Assembly (NCBI GenBank): GCA_036149055.1
Contig: JAYZQJ010000125.1
Location: 1 to 64,000 of the forward strand
Origin: Myxococcota bacterium
GTDB lineage: Bacteria > Myxococcota_A > Polyangia > Polyangiales > Sandaracinaceae
Reading direction: 5' to 3'
DNA length: 64,000 nucleotides
The translations under genes and the position numbers were made by a program. The stretch's first letter is position 1, and each line of letters begins with the position of its first letter. The notes below the pieces were generated by a model. The model did not search any database. It was given only the letters and a program-made list of their open reading frames with translations, and was not told the origin of the DNA. Shown in pieces: positions 34,218 to 42,540 of this stretch.

Positions 34218-35435
34218 ATCGACGTCCTCTTCCTCGCGCCGACCTATCCCCCCGAGATGCGGCAGTACGTGCGCGGGCTCGCCGAGGTGGGGGCGCGCGT
34301 GCACGGGGTGGGAGACACGCCGCCGGGCGCCCTGCCGGCCGACAGCCGCCGCTACCTCTCGAGCTACCTGCAGGTGCCCCGGCTGCTCGACGAGGACGAC
34401 GTGCTCGATCGGGCGAGCGCCTGGCTGCGCGGGCGGAGCCTGGACCGGGTGCTCTGCAACTGGGAGCCCCTCATCGTGCTCGCGGCGCGCATGCGGGAGC
34501 GCTGGGGCGTGCCGGGCATGTCGGTCGACGGGGCCATCGGCTTCCGCGACAAGGACGTCATGAAGCGCCGGGTCGAGGCGGCGGGGCTCCGGGTCCCGCG
34601 GGCCGCCCGCGCGCGGAGCGTGCGACAGGTCTGGGCGGCGGCCGAGGAGGTCGGCTACCCGCTGATCATCAAGCCGATCGCGGGCGCCGGCAGCGCCGAC
34701 ACCTACCGGGTGGACGATCCGGTCGAGCTCGAGCGGGTGCTCGAGGCGGTGCGTCACGTGCCCGAGGTGAGCGTCGAGGAGTTCGTCGACGGCGAGGAGC
34801 GCACCTACGACACGGTCTGCGTGGACGGCCGGCCGGTCTTCGAGAACGTGGCCCAGTACCTCCCGAAGCCCCTCGAGGCGCGCTCGAACGAGTGGATCAG
34901 CCCGGTGATCATCACCGTGCGCGACCACGAGCAGCCGGCGATCCAGCCCGGCCTCGCCCTCGGCCGCGCGGTGCTCGACGCGCTCGGCATGCACGACGGC
35001 TTCACCCACATGGAGTGGTTCCTGACCGACTCCGGCGAGGCGGTCTTCGGCGAGATCGGCGCGCGCCCGGGCGGGGCCCACCTCGTCGACCAGATGAACT
35101 ACACCTGCGACGTCGACCTCTTCGTCGAGTGGGCGCGCGCGGTGTGCTGGGGCCGCTTCGACGGGCCCACCGAGCGCAAGTACAACTGCGCCATCACCTT
35201 CAAGCGCGCCAAGGGCCAGGGCCGCATCGCCGCCGTCCGCGGCGTCGAGGCGCTGCGCCGCCGCTGCGGCCGCTGGCTGGTCGAGGAGCGCCTCCTCCCG
35301 GTCGGCGCGACCCGCCGCAACTGGCGCCACACCCTGGTCAGCGACGGCTACCTGATGTTCCGCCACCCCGACTGGGACGAGGCCAAGGCGATGGCCTTCG
35401 CGGCGGCGACCGACGTCGAGCTGATCGCCTCCTGA
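34218..35435 (+). CDS. ATP-grasp ligase, paralog D (apparent ATC start; first ATG at 34257)
   Basis: FRDKDVMK, GYPLIIKPIAGAGS, VEEFVDG, THMEWF, GEIGARPGG; similarity to paralog B extends to ATC 34218. Confidence 0.9.
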   Translation: MDVLFLAPTYPPEMRQYVRGLAEVGARVHGVGDTPPGALPADSRRYLSSYLQVPRLLDEDDVLDRASAWLRGRSLDRVLCNWEPLIVLAARMRERWGVPGMSVDGAIGFRDKDVMKRRVEAAGLRVPRAARARSVRQVWAAAEEVGYPLIIKPIAGAGSADTYRVDDPVELERVLEAVRHVPEVSVEEFVDGEERTYDTVCVDGRPVFENVAQYLPKPLEARSNEWISPVIITVRDHEQPAIQPGLALGRAVLDALGMHDGFTHMEWFLTDSGEAVFGEIGARPGGAHLVDQMNYTCDVDLFVEWARAVCWGRFDGPTERKYNCAITFKRAKGQGRIAAVRGVEALRRRCGRWLVEERLLPVGATRRNWRHTLVSDGYLMFRHPDWDEAKAMAFAAATDVELIAS

Positions 35436-35474
35436 CGCTGGCCTTCCCGGCCTCGCCGCTCTAGACGACAGGGC

Positions 35475-36050
35475 ATGGATCCCATCGCGCTCTTCCTCGA
35501 ACGCCGCGCGGCCGCGGTGGCGGCGGGGGCTCTCTTCGACGGCACCAAGGCGGTGCTCTCCACCGCGACGAAGGACGGGATGCCGTCGTCTCGCTACGTG
35601 CTGGTGAAGGAGGTCGGCGAGGACGGCTTCTTCGTCTACACGAACTACGAGAGCCGCAAGGCGCGGGAGCTCGACGAGAACCCGCGGGCCGCGATCTGCG
35701 TGCACTGGGCGGAGCTCGACGAGCAGTGGCGGATCGAGGGCACGGTGGAGCGCGCCGCCGCCGCCCGGAGCGACGCCTACTTCGCGTCCCGCCCGCGCGG
35801 CAGCCAGCTCGGCGCCTGGGCGAGCGACCAGAGCCGCGAGATCGACGGCCGGGAGACCCTGATGCGGCGGCTGGAGGAGGTCACCGCGCGCTACGAAGGC
35901 GAGGCGGTGCCGCGCCCGGCGCACTGGGGCGGCTACCGCGTGATCCCGACCGCCATCGAGCGCTGGATCAACGGCGAGGCCCGCCTCCACGACCGCTTTC
36001 GGTACACGAGGACCGACTCCGGCTGGACCATGGTCCGCCTCGCTCCCTGA
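35475..36050 (+). CDS. pdxH: Pyridoxine/pyridoxamine 5'-phosphate oxidase
   Basis: PSSRYVLVK, YTNYESRK, YFASRPRGSQLGAWASDQS, RPAHWGGYR, RLHDRF, RLAP. Confidence 0.95.
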   Translation: MDPIALFLERRAAAVAAGALFDGTKAVLSTATKDGMPSSRYVLVKEVGEDGFFVYTNYESRKARELDENPRAAICVHWAELDEQWRIEGTVERAAAARSDAYFASRPRGSQLGAWASDQSREIDGRETLMRRLEEVTARYEGEAVPRPAHWGGYRVIPTAIERWINGEARLHDRFRYTRTDSGWTMVRLAP

Positions 36051-36056
36051 CCGATC

Positions 36057-36629
36057 TCAGCGGCTCAGGTTGATCAGCGCGCGACGGTGGGCCTCGATCG
36101 CCGCGACGTAGAGGGCGAAGCCCGCGAAGAGGATCGCGACGCCGACCACGCCGACCTGGAAGACGACGAGCGAGGCGGCGAGGCTGCCGAAGACGAGCAT
36201 CGCCGGCACCGGCAGGCGCTCCTCCCAGGGCGTCTCGAGGGTGGTGGGGCGCGCGTCGAGCTCGAGCTCGAGGGCCCGGACCCGCGGATCCTCGGTGACG
36301 ACCGGTCGGCCGGCGGTGCGGTCGCAGAGGGCGACGCCGCAGCGCGGGCACTCCTCGGGGAACGGGAACGAGTCGCCGCAGCGGCCGCAGCCGTAGCGAT
36401 CGGGGCGCGGGCCCGGGGGCGGCGTGCTCGGCGCGCCCTTCTTCCGGAAGGCGCCGCTCGCGATCGCCCGGTAGGCGCGCAGCACCGCCTTGAAGCGCTC
36501 GGCGGCGGTCGGGTCCCCCGGGTTGAGGTCCGGGTGGTGCTTCAGGGCGAGGCGGCGATAGGCCTGACGGGCCTCCACCAGGGTCGCGTCGCGAGAGAGG
36601 CCGAGGGTGGAGAAGGGGTCGTGGCGCAT
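36057..36629 (-). CDS. DnaJ-domain membrane protein with zinc ribbon
   Basis: DPFSTLGL, AYRRLALKHHPDLNP; CGRC...CPRC; two C-terminal TM helices. Confidence 0.85.
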   Translation of the reverse strand: MRHDPFSTLGLSRDATLVEARQAYRRLALKHHPDLNPGDPTAAERFKAVLRAYRAIASGAFRKKGAPSTPPPGPRPDRYGCGRCGDSFPFPEECPRCGVALCDRTAGRPVVTEDPRVRALELELDARPTTLETPWEERLPVPAMLVFGSLAASLVVFQVGVVGVAILFAGFALYVAAIEAHRRALINLSR

Positions 36630-36682
36630 GTCGTGGTCCCTGGGACACCGAGCCGCGGCGACGGTTCCCGGAAAAGGATACG

Positions 36683-37834
36683 TCACGGGGCGGGGGCGGC
36701 TTCCTCGAATCGAGAGCCCTCGAACACGATGCGCCCTCCGGGGTGGAAGGTGAGGACGAGCTGGCCGAGCAGCCCCCACCCGACGCTGCCCGAGACCGGC
36801 GCCGCCACCGCGCGCGCGTGGCCCTCGTCGAGCACGCCCCGGAGCGCGGGGATGTCCTCCACCTGGAGCGCGCCGAGCCGGAGCGCCCCCACGGTCACCG
36901 CGTCGCTCCGCCAGCCCTCGAGCCCCTCGGCCGCGGCCGGGGTGAGCGCCAGCGGGTAGGCGCCCGCGGTGTCGAGGGTCAGCCAGGCCGCTCGCCCGTC
37001 CAGGGTCGCCGGCGCGGCGAGGAAGCTCCCGCCGAGGGCCATGCACGGAGCGCTCGTCTCGCCCGACGACGGAGGCGAGGCCCGGAAGGTCACGCGACCG
37101 CCCGGCCCGTCGAGGGTGGCCGCGAGCCGGAGGAGCAGCTCCGCGCCGATGACCATGCCGATCTCGGCGCCGAGCGCGGCGCTGATCGCCTCGAGCGAGC
37201 GGACCACGTGGGGCACGCCGCGGACCCGGAGCGCGCCGAGGCCGAGCTCGTCGATCGCGCCGGGCGCGTTCCGGATCGAGGGGTCGAGCACCGCCACGTG
37301 GGCGCCGGAGCCGAGGATCGCGAGCGTCTCGACGGTGTCCACCCGGACCGAGACGACGGGCAGGGGGAAGGGCGCGAGGGGCAGGGTCGCCTCGGCGCCC
37401 TCCACCGCGTAGGGCTCGGGCGCGGCGCGGAGCGCGGGGATCATCGCGCCCGCCCAGGGATCCGGCGCCCGGGCCCGACGCTCGGCCGCCTCGAGGGTGG
37501 CGAGCGCGCCCCGCCGATCCCCGGCCGCGATCTGGGCCGCGCCCCGCAGGCGGAGCAGCGCCTCGTCCTCGATCCCGGCGAGCGCCCGCACCGCGCGCTC
37601 CGGGCGACCGAGGGCCAGGGCCGCCCGCGCGGCGATCTCCCTCGCGTCCGGGCCGCCCCCCGCCTCGAGCGCCCGCTCCGCCTCCCGGAGCGCCGCCTCC
37701 GGGTCCAGCCCGGCCCAGGCCTCGGCGGCGCGCCTCGTGGCCACGTCCGGATCGACGGCGGGCGCGCGCGCGACCTGCGCTCCGCCGCAAGCGATGAGGA
37801 GCGCCGCCCAGGCGGCCCTCAGGCCGAGGGGCAC
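36683..37834 (-). CDS. Lipoprotein with TPR and two retropepsin-like aspartyl protease domains
   Basis: LLIAC lipobox; AILGSGA...MVIGAELL and LTLDTAG...GSVGWGLL. Confidence 0.65.
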   Translation of the reverse strand: MPLGLRAAWAALLIACGGAQVARAPAVDPDVATRRAAEAWAGLDPEAALREAERALEAGGGPDAREIAARAALALGRPERAVRALAGIEDEALLRLRGAAQIAAGDRRGALATLEAAERRARAPDPWAGAMIPALRAAPEPYAVEGAEATLPLAPFPLPVVSVRVDTVETLAILGSGAHVAVLDPSIRNAPGAIDELGLGALRVRGVPHVVRSLEAISAALGAEIGMVIGAELLLRLAATLDGPGGRVTFRASPPSSGETSAPCMALGGSFLAAPATLDGRAAWLTLDTAGAYPLALTPAAAEGLEGWRSDAVTVGALRLGALQVEDIPALRGVLDEGHARAVAAPVSGSVGWGLLGQLVLTFHPGGRIVFEGSRFEEAAPAP

Positions 37835-38676
37835 GAGGTCTCGAACCCTTCCGGGATGGAGAAGGCGTGCTCGGTGGGCTCGGCCCAGAGCAGGCGGTCG
37901 CCGCGGAGGATCTTGCGCACGTCGCGCGCGTGGAGCCTGCCCTCGACCCGCGGGCCCTCGATCGCCCAGGGCTCGAGCACGTCGACGAAGGGATCGCGGC
38001 CGGGGACCCGATAGGCGACGCGCACGGCTCGCCGCTCCTCGCGCGCCCGGCGGAGCACCGCCTCGACGTCCTCGCGGAAGCGGATCGGGTCGCCGCGCCG
38101 CTGGGCCTGCCAGAGCTGCCGCGGGGTCTTCGCCTTGAGCTCGGCGGCGACGACCTCGAGCAGCTTGCCGGCCGCCACCGCGTCGGGCTCGGCGCGGTGG
38201 GTGGGCTGCGGGAGCGACAGCTCGCTGGTGAGGGCGCGGAGCCCGTAGCTCGGGCGGTGCCAGGCGCGGCGGGCGAGCAGCCGGGTGTCGAGCGCGTGGG
38301 CCGGGGGCGGGTCGATCCAGTCTCGGGCGGCGGCGGCGGCGAGGAACTTCAGATCGAAGCCGATGGTGTGCCCCACCACGATGGCGCCCGCGAAGAGCGC
38401 GGCGAGCGGCTCGCGCACCGCGGAGAGCGGGGGCGCGCCTTCGAGCGCCTCGTCGGAGATCTGGTGGATCCGCTCGGAGTCCCCGACCGGGCAGGGCGGC
38501 TTCACCAGGCCGACCCAGCGCGCGGTCTCCACGCCCCCCTCGACGCGCAGGCCCGCGACCTCGCAGATGTGATCGGTGTCGGGGTCGGTCCCCGTCATCT
38601 CGAGGTCGAGCCAGAGGAGCGGGACCTCGCCGAGCGGCGCGTCCCAGAGCTCCCCGCGCGGCTCCTCGTCGGTCAC
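37819..38676 (-). CDS. DEDDh 3'-5' exonuclease fused to C-terminal WYL-like domain
   Basis: LDLEMTG, VGHTIGFD, HRAEPDA; C-terminal VRVAYR...VLEPWAI...RKILRGDRL. Confidence 0.82.
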   Translation of the reverse strand: MTDEEPRGELWDAPLGEVPLLWLDLEMTGTDPDTDHICEVAGLRVEGGVETARWVGLVKPPCPVGDSERIHQISDEALEGAPPLSAVREPLAALFAGAIVVGHTIGFDLKFLAAAAARDWIDPPPAHALDTRLLARRAWHRPSYGLRALTSELSLPQPTHRAEPDAVAAGKLLEVVAAELKAKTPRQLWQAQRRGDPIRFREDVEAVLRRAREERRAVRVAYRVPGRDPFVDVLEPWAIEGPRVEGRLHARDVRKILRGDRLLWAEPTEHAFSIPEGFETSCPSA

Positions 38677-39212
38677 GCGGCGGCGGCCACCGGCGCGGGG
38701 GGCGGCGCGTCCACCGGGCCCTTCGCCTTGCCGAGCAGCTTGTCCTTGATGCGGACGAAGTCCCAGACCGGGCCGGCCACGAAGCTGAGCGGGTCGTCGG
38801 CGAACGCGGGCGCGCCCTTCTCGAAGACGCCGTGCCCGACGAAGTTGAGCGCCCAGCCGACCGTCCAGCTCCCGTTGGCGAGCCACCACGGCGGCGTCCA
38901 GCGGGGCGCGGCGAGCATGCCGAGGGCGCCCCCGAGGATCATCGGGATGCCGACCGTGTGCAGCACCCGGTTGGTCGGGTCCTGGTGGGTCTCGTCGTAG
39001 AACGCGATGGCGCGGTCCCAGCGATCCTTCAGGTCGCCGTCCCAGTCCGGGTGCGCCTTGCGCCACTCCTCCTCGAGCCCGACGAGGCCGCGGGCCGCGA
39101 TCGAGAGCGCGCCCAGCTTGGCGCCGCCCATGAACCCCGCGGTGCCGACCGCGAGCATGGCCAGGTCGCGGTTCTTCTTCTCGGAGAGGGCCTCGGTGAG
39201 CTTCTCGAACAT
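38673..39212 (-). CDS. DUF962/Mpo1-like membrane protein
   Basis: FYDETHQDPTNRVLHTVGIP, GWALNFVGHGVFEKGAPAF; GGAGG SD. Confidence 0.85.
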   Translation of the reverse strand: MFEKLTEALSEKKNRDLAMLAVGTAGFMGGAKLGALSIAARGLVGLEEEWRKAHPDWDGDLKDRWDRAIAFYDETHQDPTNRVLHTVGIPMILGGALGMLAAPRWTPPWWLANGSWTVGWALNFVGHGVFEKGAPAFADDPLSFVAGPVWDFVRIKDKLLGKAKGPVDAPPPAPVAAAA

Positions 39213-39312
39213 GGCGGATCCTCCAGCGGATCGATGTAGGAGAGCCGGGAGACGGCTGCAAGGGCTGCCCGTTCGAGTTGCGCCGCGCGCCCGGCTCGAT
39301 CAAGCCGCGACC

Positions 39313-41241
39313 ATGCGGCTCGCGGACGTGCTGGCGTCGATGGATCCGAAGCGCTTCGAGCGGCTCTGCCGCCGGCGCGGCGTGGTCGTCGACGAGCGCA
39401 AGCGGCTGGCCCCGGCCGAGCAGGCCGCGCGCCAGCTCGCCGACTGGATCCGGGTCGTGCGCCTCGACGAGCTGCCCGGGCCCGCCCGCAAGGCCTGCCG
39501 CTACCTGATGGAGCACCCGGGCGGGGCCGACCGGCGCGAGCTCGGCGGCGGTCTGCTGCCGCTCCTCGAGCAGGACGTGGTCTTCGAGGATCCGGCGGAC
39601 TCCACCCGGGTGGCGATGCCGAGCGCGTACCGGGTGCAGCTCGCGCCGGCGAGCGGGGAGGACCGCACCTCGGCCCGGGCGCTGCTCGCGGTGCAGACCG
39701 ACGAGGTCGCGCACGCGCTCGGGGCCCAGCTGCTCGGCCGCCAGCCGGTCGGGCCGGCCCCGCTCTGGATGGGCGACCTGCTCGATCGGCTCGAGACGCC
39801 CGGAGAGCGGAGCGCGCTCCTGTCCGAGGTCTCGCCGAAGCAACGTCGCTTGCTCGAGGCCATCGAGGCGCGCGGCGGGCAGCTGGAGACCGACGAGCTG
39901 CTCGCGCTCGAGCGCTCGCCCACGCGGGTGCAGCTCGCGGGGGGCGCGGCGCTGCCCACCCGGTCGGCGTCGCACTTCCTCTTCGTCCGGGGGCTGCTGC
40001 TGCCGCGGGCGCGCGGGCTCTGGGCGGTGCCGCGCGAGGTGGCCGAGTCGGTGGGCGCGCCGCGCCGCACCACCGAGCGGGCCCGGCGCAAGGAGCTGCT
40101 GGCCCAGGTCGCCGAAGACGAAGACCTCAGCCCCGCGCGGGCGAAGCTCAGCGAGGACCCGGCGCCCCACGCCGTCGCGCTCCTCGCGACCCTGGAGGCC
40201 GGGGGGCAGCTCCCCGGCGGCTCGCGCGCGGTGCGGCGCTCGGCGCTGCGGGCGGCGGCGGCGGAGCACGGGGTGGCCGAGGACGCGGCGTCGTTGCTCG
40301 TGGCCCTGGCGCGGGACGCGGGGGCGCGGCTGGAGCGGGCGCCGATGCGGGAGGTGGGCGCGGTGCTCTTCCGCGTCTGGCGCGAGGGCGCGGCCTGGGA
40401 CGAGGCGCGCGAGGAGCCCGACGCCCACCGCGCCCAGCCCGACGTGGCCAGCGCGCCGACCCCGACCCGCGGGCTGCGCGAGGTGCTGGTGGAGCTGCTC
40501 GAGGCGATGCCCGAGGAGCGCTTCGCGCCGGTGGAGGAGGTGTGCCGGACGGCGGCGCGCGATCTGCGCAACCTGGGCGCGCCGCGCCTCCTCGAGCGAG
40601 CCGATGGGCGGCACCGGGGCGCGTTCCGTCAGAGCCCGGTGGAGATCGCGACCCGCATCGCGACCGTGTCGTTGCCCGCGCTGGGCGCCGCCGATCGCGG
40701 CGAGGTCGACGGCCGCGACGTGGTGCGCCTGTCTCGCCGGGCGCGGGCGTGGATCGCGGGCGGCGCCGATCCGGGTCCCGAGCCCTCGCGCTGGGAGGGC
40801 GGCGGGCGGCTCCAGGTCGGCCGGGCCGCGCGGGTGGGGACGGTGCTCGAGGCGGCGGCGGCCGCGCACGCGCTGCCGGTCGCCGGCGGCTTGGTGCTCA
40901 AGGTCGACGAGGCGTCGGTGACCCGGGCGCTGGCGGCGGGGCTGACCAGGGGCGACATCCGGGCGCGGCTCGAGGCGGCCGCGCCCGAGCTCGACCCGGG
41001 CGCGGAGCGCGCGATCGAGGCGGCGGCCCGCGCCCGCACGGTCATCGGTCGGGTCCCCGCGAGCGCCTGGCTGCCGATCGCGGACGAGGCGATCCGGCAG
41101 CGGCTCGTCGACGACCCCGAGCTCCGCGCGCTCATCGCGGCCGGCGGTCCCGAGGGCGGTGTCCTCATCCGGGAGGGCGTCTCCGAGGCCCGGCTGAGCC
41201 GCGCCCTCACCCGGCTCGGGATCGTCATCGAGAGCGACTGA
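39313..41241 (+). CDS. Helicase-associated domain-like (Helicase_C_3-like) winged-helix protein
   Basis: Long GC3-rich frame; C-terminal LKVDEASVTRALAAGLTRGDIRARLE resembles the XPB-associated domain. Confidence 0.65.
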   Translation: MRLADVLASMDPKRFERLCRRRGVVVDERKRLAPAEQAARQLADWIRVVRLDELPGPARKACRYLMEHPGGADRRELGGGLLPLLEQDVVFEDPADSTRVAMPSAYRVQLAPASGEDRTSARALLAVQTDEVAHALGAQLLGRQPVGPAPLWMGDLLDRLETPGERSALLSEVSPKQRRLLEAIEARGGQLETDELLALERSPTRVQLAGGAALPTRSASHFLFVRGLLLPRARGLWAVPREVAESVGAPRRTTERARRKELLAQVAEDEDLSPARAKLSEDPAPHAVALLATLEAGGQLPGGSRAVRRSALRAAAAEHGVAEDAASLLVALARDAGARLERAPMREVGAVLFRVWREGAAWDEAREEPDAHRAQPDVASAPTPTRGLREVLVELLEAMPEERFAPVEEVCRTAARDLRNLGAPRLLERADGRHRGAFRQSPVEIATRIATVSLPALGAADRGEVDGRDVVRLSRRARAWIAGGADPGPEPSRWEGGGRLQVGRAARVGTVLEAAAAAHALPVAGGLVLKVDEASVTRALAAGLTRGDIRARLEAAAPELDPGAERAIEAAARARTVIGRVPASAWLPIADEAIRQRLVDDPELRALIAAGGPEGGVLIREGVSEARLSRALTRLGIVIESD

Positions 41242-41360
41242 TATCCGCCGATGCGGACAGTGAGGACTCTCTCAGCAGATTGGTCCACCCCTGTTGGATC
41301 CAACGCCGTTCGGGTGTGCAGCACCAGCCTCAGAACCCCGTTTTTCTGGGCCAAATGACC

Positions 41361-41388
41361 TTGACTCGGTCTCTCCGAGTTCTACTCT
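41361..41388 (+). promoter_or_regulatory. Putative sigma70 promoter of cold-shock gene with overlapping inverted repeat
   Basis: TTGACT-16 nt-TACTCT; ACTCGG-N5-CCGAGT at 41364-41380. Confidence 0.55.
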
Positions 41389-41521
41389 TTCGCTGCCCTC
41401 GGGGGGGATCATTCGGGGCACTTCCAGCGTCGATTGCATTCCTCTCGAGCGAGCTGTCAAAGCTCGTTGCGCTCGATTTGGCCGGGCGTGAGGCCGCGGG
41501 TAGCGGACATTGGAGGGGTTG

Positions 41522-41737
41522 ATGGCAGTCGGTACCGTCAAGTGGTTCAACAACGCCAAGGGCTGGGGTTTCATCCGGCAGGACAGCGGACCGGACGTGT
41601 TCGTGCACTACTCCCAGATCTCTGGGGATGGGTTTCGCACGTTGCGTGAAGGTCAGGAAGTGCAGTTCGAGCTGCGCGATGGCCCGAAGGGTCCGCTGGC
41701 CGAGCAGGTCATGAAGGTCCCCCAGGCCGAAGCCTGA
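41522..41737 (+). CDS. Cold-shock domain protein (Csp family)
   Basis: [42 protein letters not shown]. Confidence 0.97.
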   Translation: MAVGTVKWFNNAKGWGFIRQDSGPDVFVHYSQISGDGFRTLREGQEVQFELRDGPKGPLAEQVMKVPQAEA

Positions 41738-41761
41738 CGATCAGTTTCGGGGGGTAGGAAA

Positions 41762-41798
41762 GAAGGGGCTGCGACGCTGTCGCGGCCCCTTCGTTTTT
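41762..41798 (+). terminator. Rho-independent terminator
   Basis: gaaggggctgcgac-gct-gtcgcggccccttc followed by gttttt. Confidence 0.85.
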
Positions 41799-41819
41799 CC
41801 GTCGCTTCGTCCCTTCTTC

Positions 41820-41852
41820 GGGCACGGGCACGGGCGCGGGCAGGGGCACGGG
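41820..41852 (+). repeat. GGGCNN hexamer tandem repeat with six G-tracts
   Basis: gggcac gggcac gggcgc gggcag gggcac ggg. Confidence 0.8.
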
Positions 41853-41876
41853 CTGACAGCGCTTTCGCGCTGTCAG
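41853..41876 (-). terminator. Perfect 10-bp hairpin with GAAA loop (minus strand) at stop of the minus-strand gene
   Basis: ctgacagcgc-tttc-gcgctgtcag. Confidence 0.55.
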
Positions 41877-42304
41877 GGGGCGACGTATTTGTCGATCTCG
41901 AGCGCCCAGCGGACCTCTTCGACGACCGTGGACAGATCGTCGGCGGGCTTCGCGTAGGTGATCTCGTGCCAGGTGTCGAGCACCTTGGCGTCGTCCATCG
42001 GGTCCTTCACGTCGACGGTCTGGGCGCCCTCCTCGGCGTAGCCGCGCGCGAGCGCCTGCTGGCCGACGGTCTCCCGCACCCGCTCGAAGAGCGCGTCCGC
42101 GCCCACGCTCGGGTAGTCGGAGCGCTGGGACCGCGCGGTGAAGACCACGCGTAGGCCCTCCGCCATCCGGACCCGGATCCCGGAGTCCATGATGTGGAGC
42201 CTCACCCGCTCGGCGACCTGAATTTCGGCCTCACGGGTGCGGTACACCTCCAGGCCTGCGTCGAGGAGGTGCTTCTTGACCTGCTGAAGGTCCGTACTGC
42301 TCAC
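41873..42304 (-). CDS. Hypothetical protein
   Basis: GC3-rich frame, AERVRLHIMDSG...; AGAGGA SD before GTG 42304. Confidence 0.8.
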   Translation of the reverse strand: MSSTDLQQVKKHLLDAGLEVYRTREAEIQVAERVRLHIMDSGIRVRMAEGLRVVFTARSQRSDYPSVGADALFERVRETVGQQALARGYAEEGAQTVDVKDPMDDAKVLDTWHEITYAKPADDLSTVVEEVRWALEIDKYVAP

Positions 42305-42540
42305 TCGGGGTCCTCTCCTGACCCGGGACCGCTGCCCCGGGGCTCCGCTGAAACGGCTCCGCACCTTATCACCAGCGCACCCGAACCGGCAACGCGCGGG
42401 ATCATCGATGACGCGGTGCGGCGCGGACCGCCTTGCCGCTCCGGATCCGGCTTCGTATGGTCCCTCGTCGGTCCCCCGTCGGTCTTCGGACGGCGACTCC
42501 TCGCCTTTGGACGTGCGGCGGACCTCCACGGAGACTCGCC

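Noticed and set aside
32217..35990. 1257-aa kinase ORF from the ORF track
   Set aside because: The N-terminal half is antisense to ATP-grasp D and pdxH; the real gene starts near 34112
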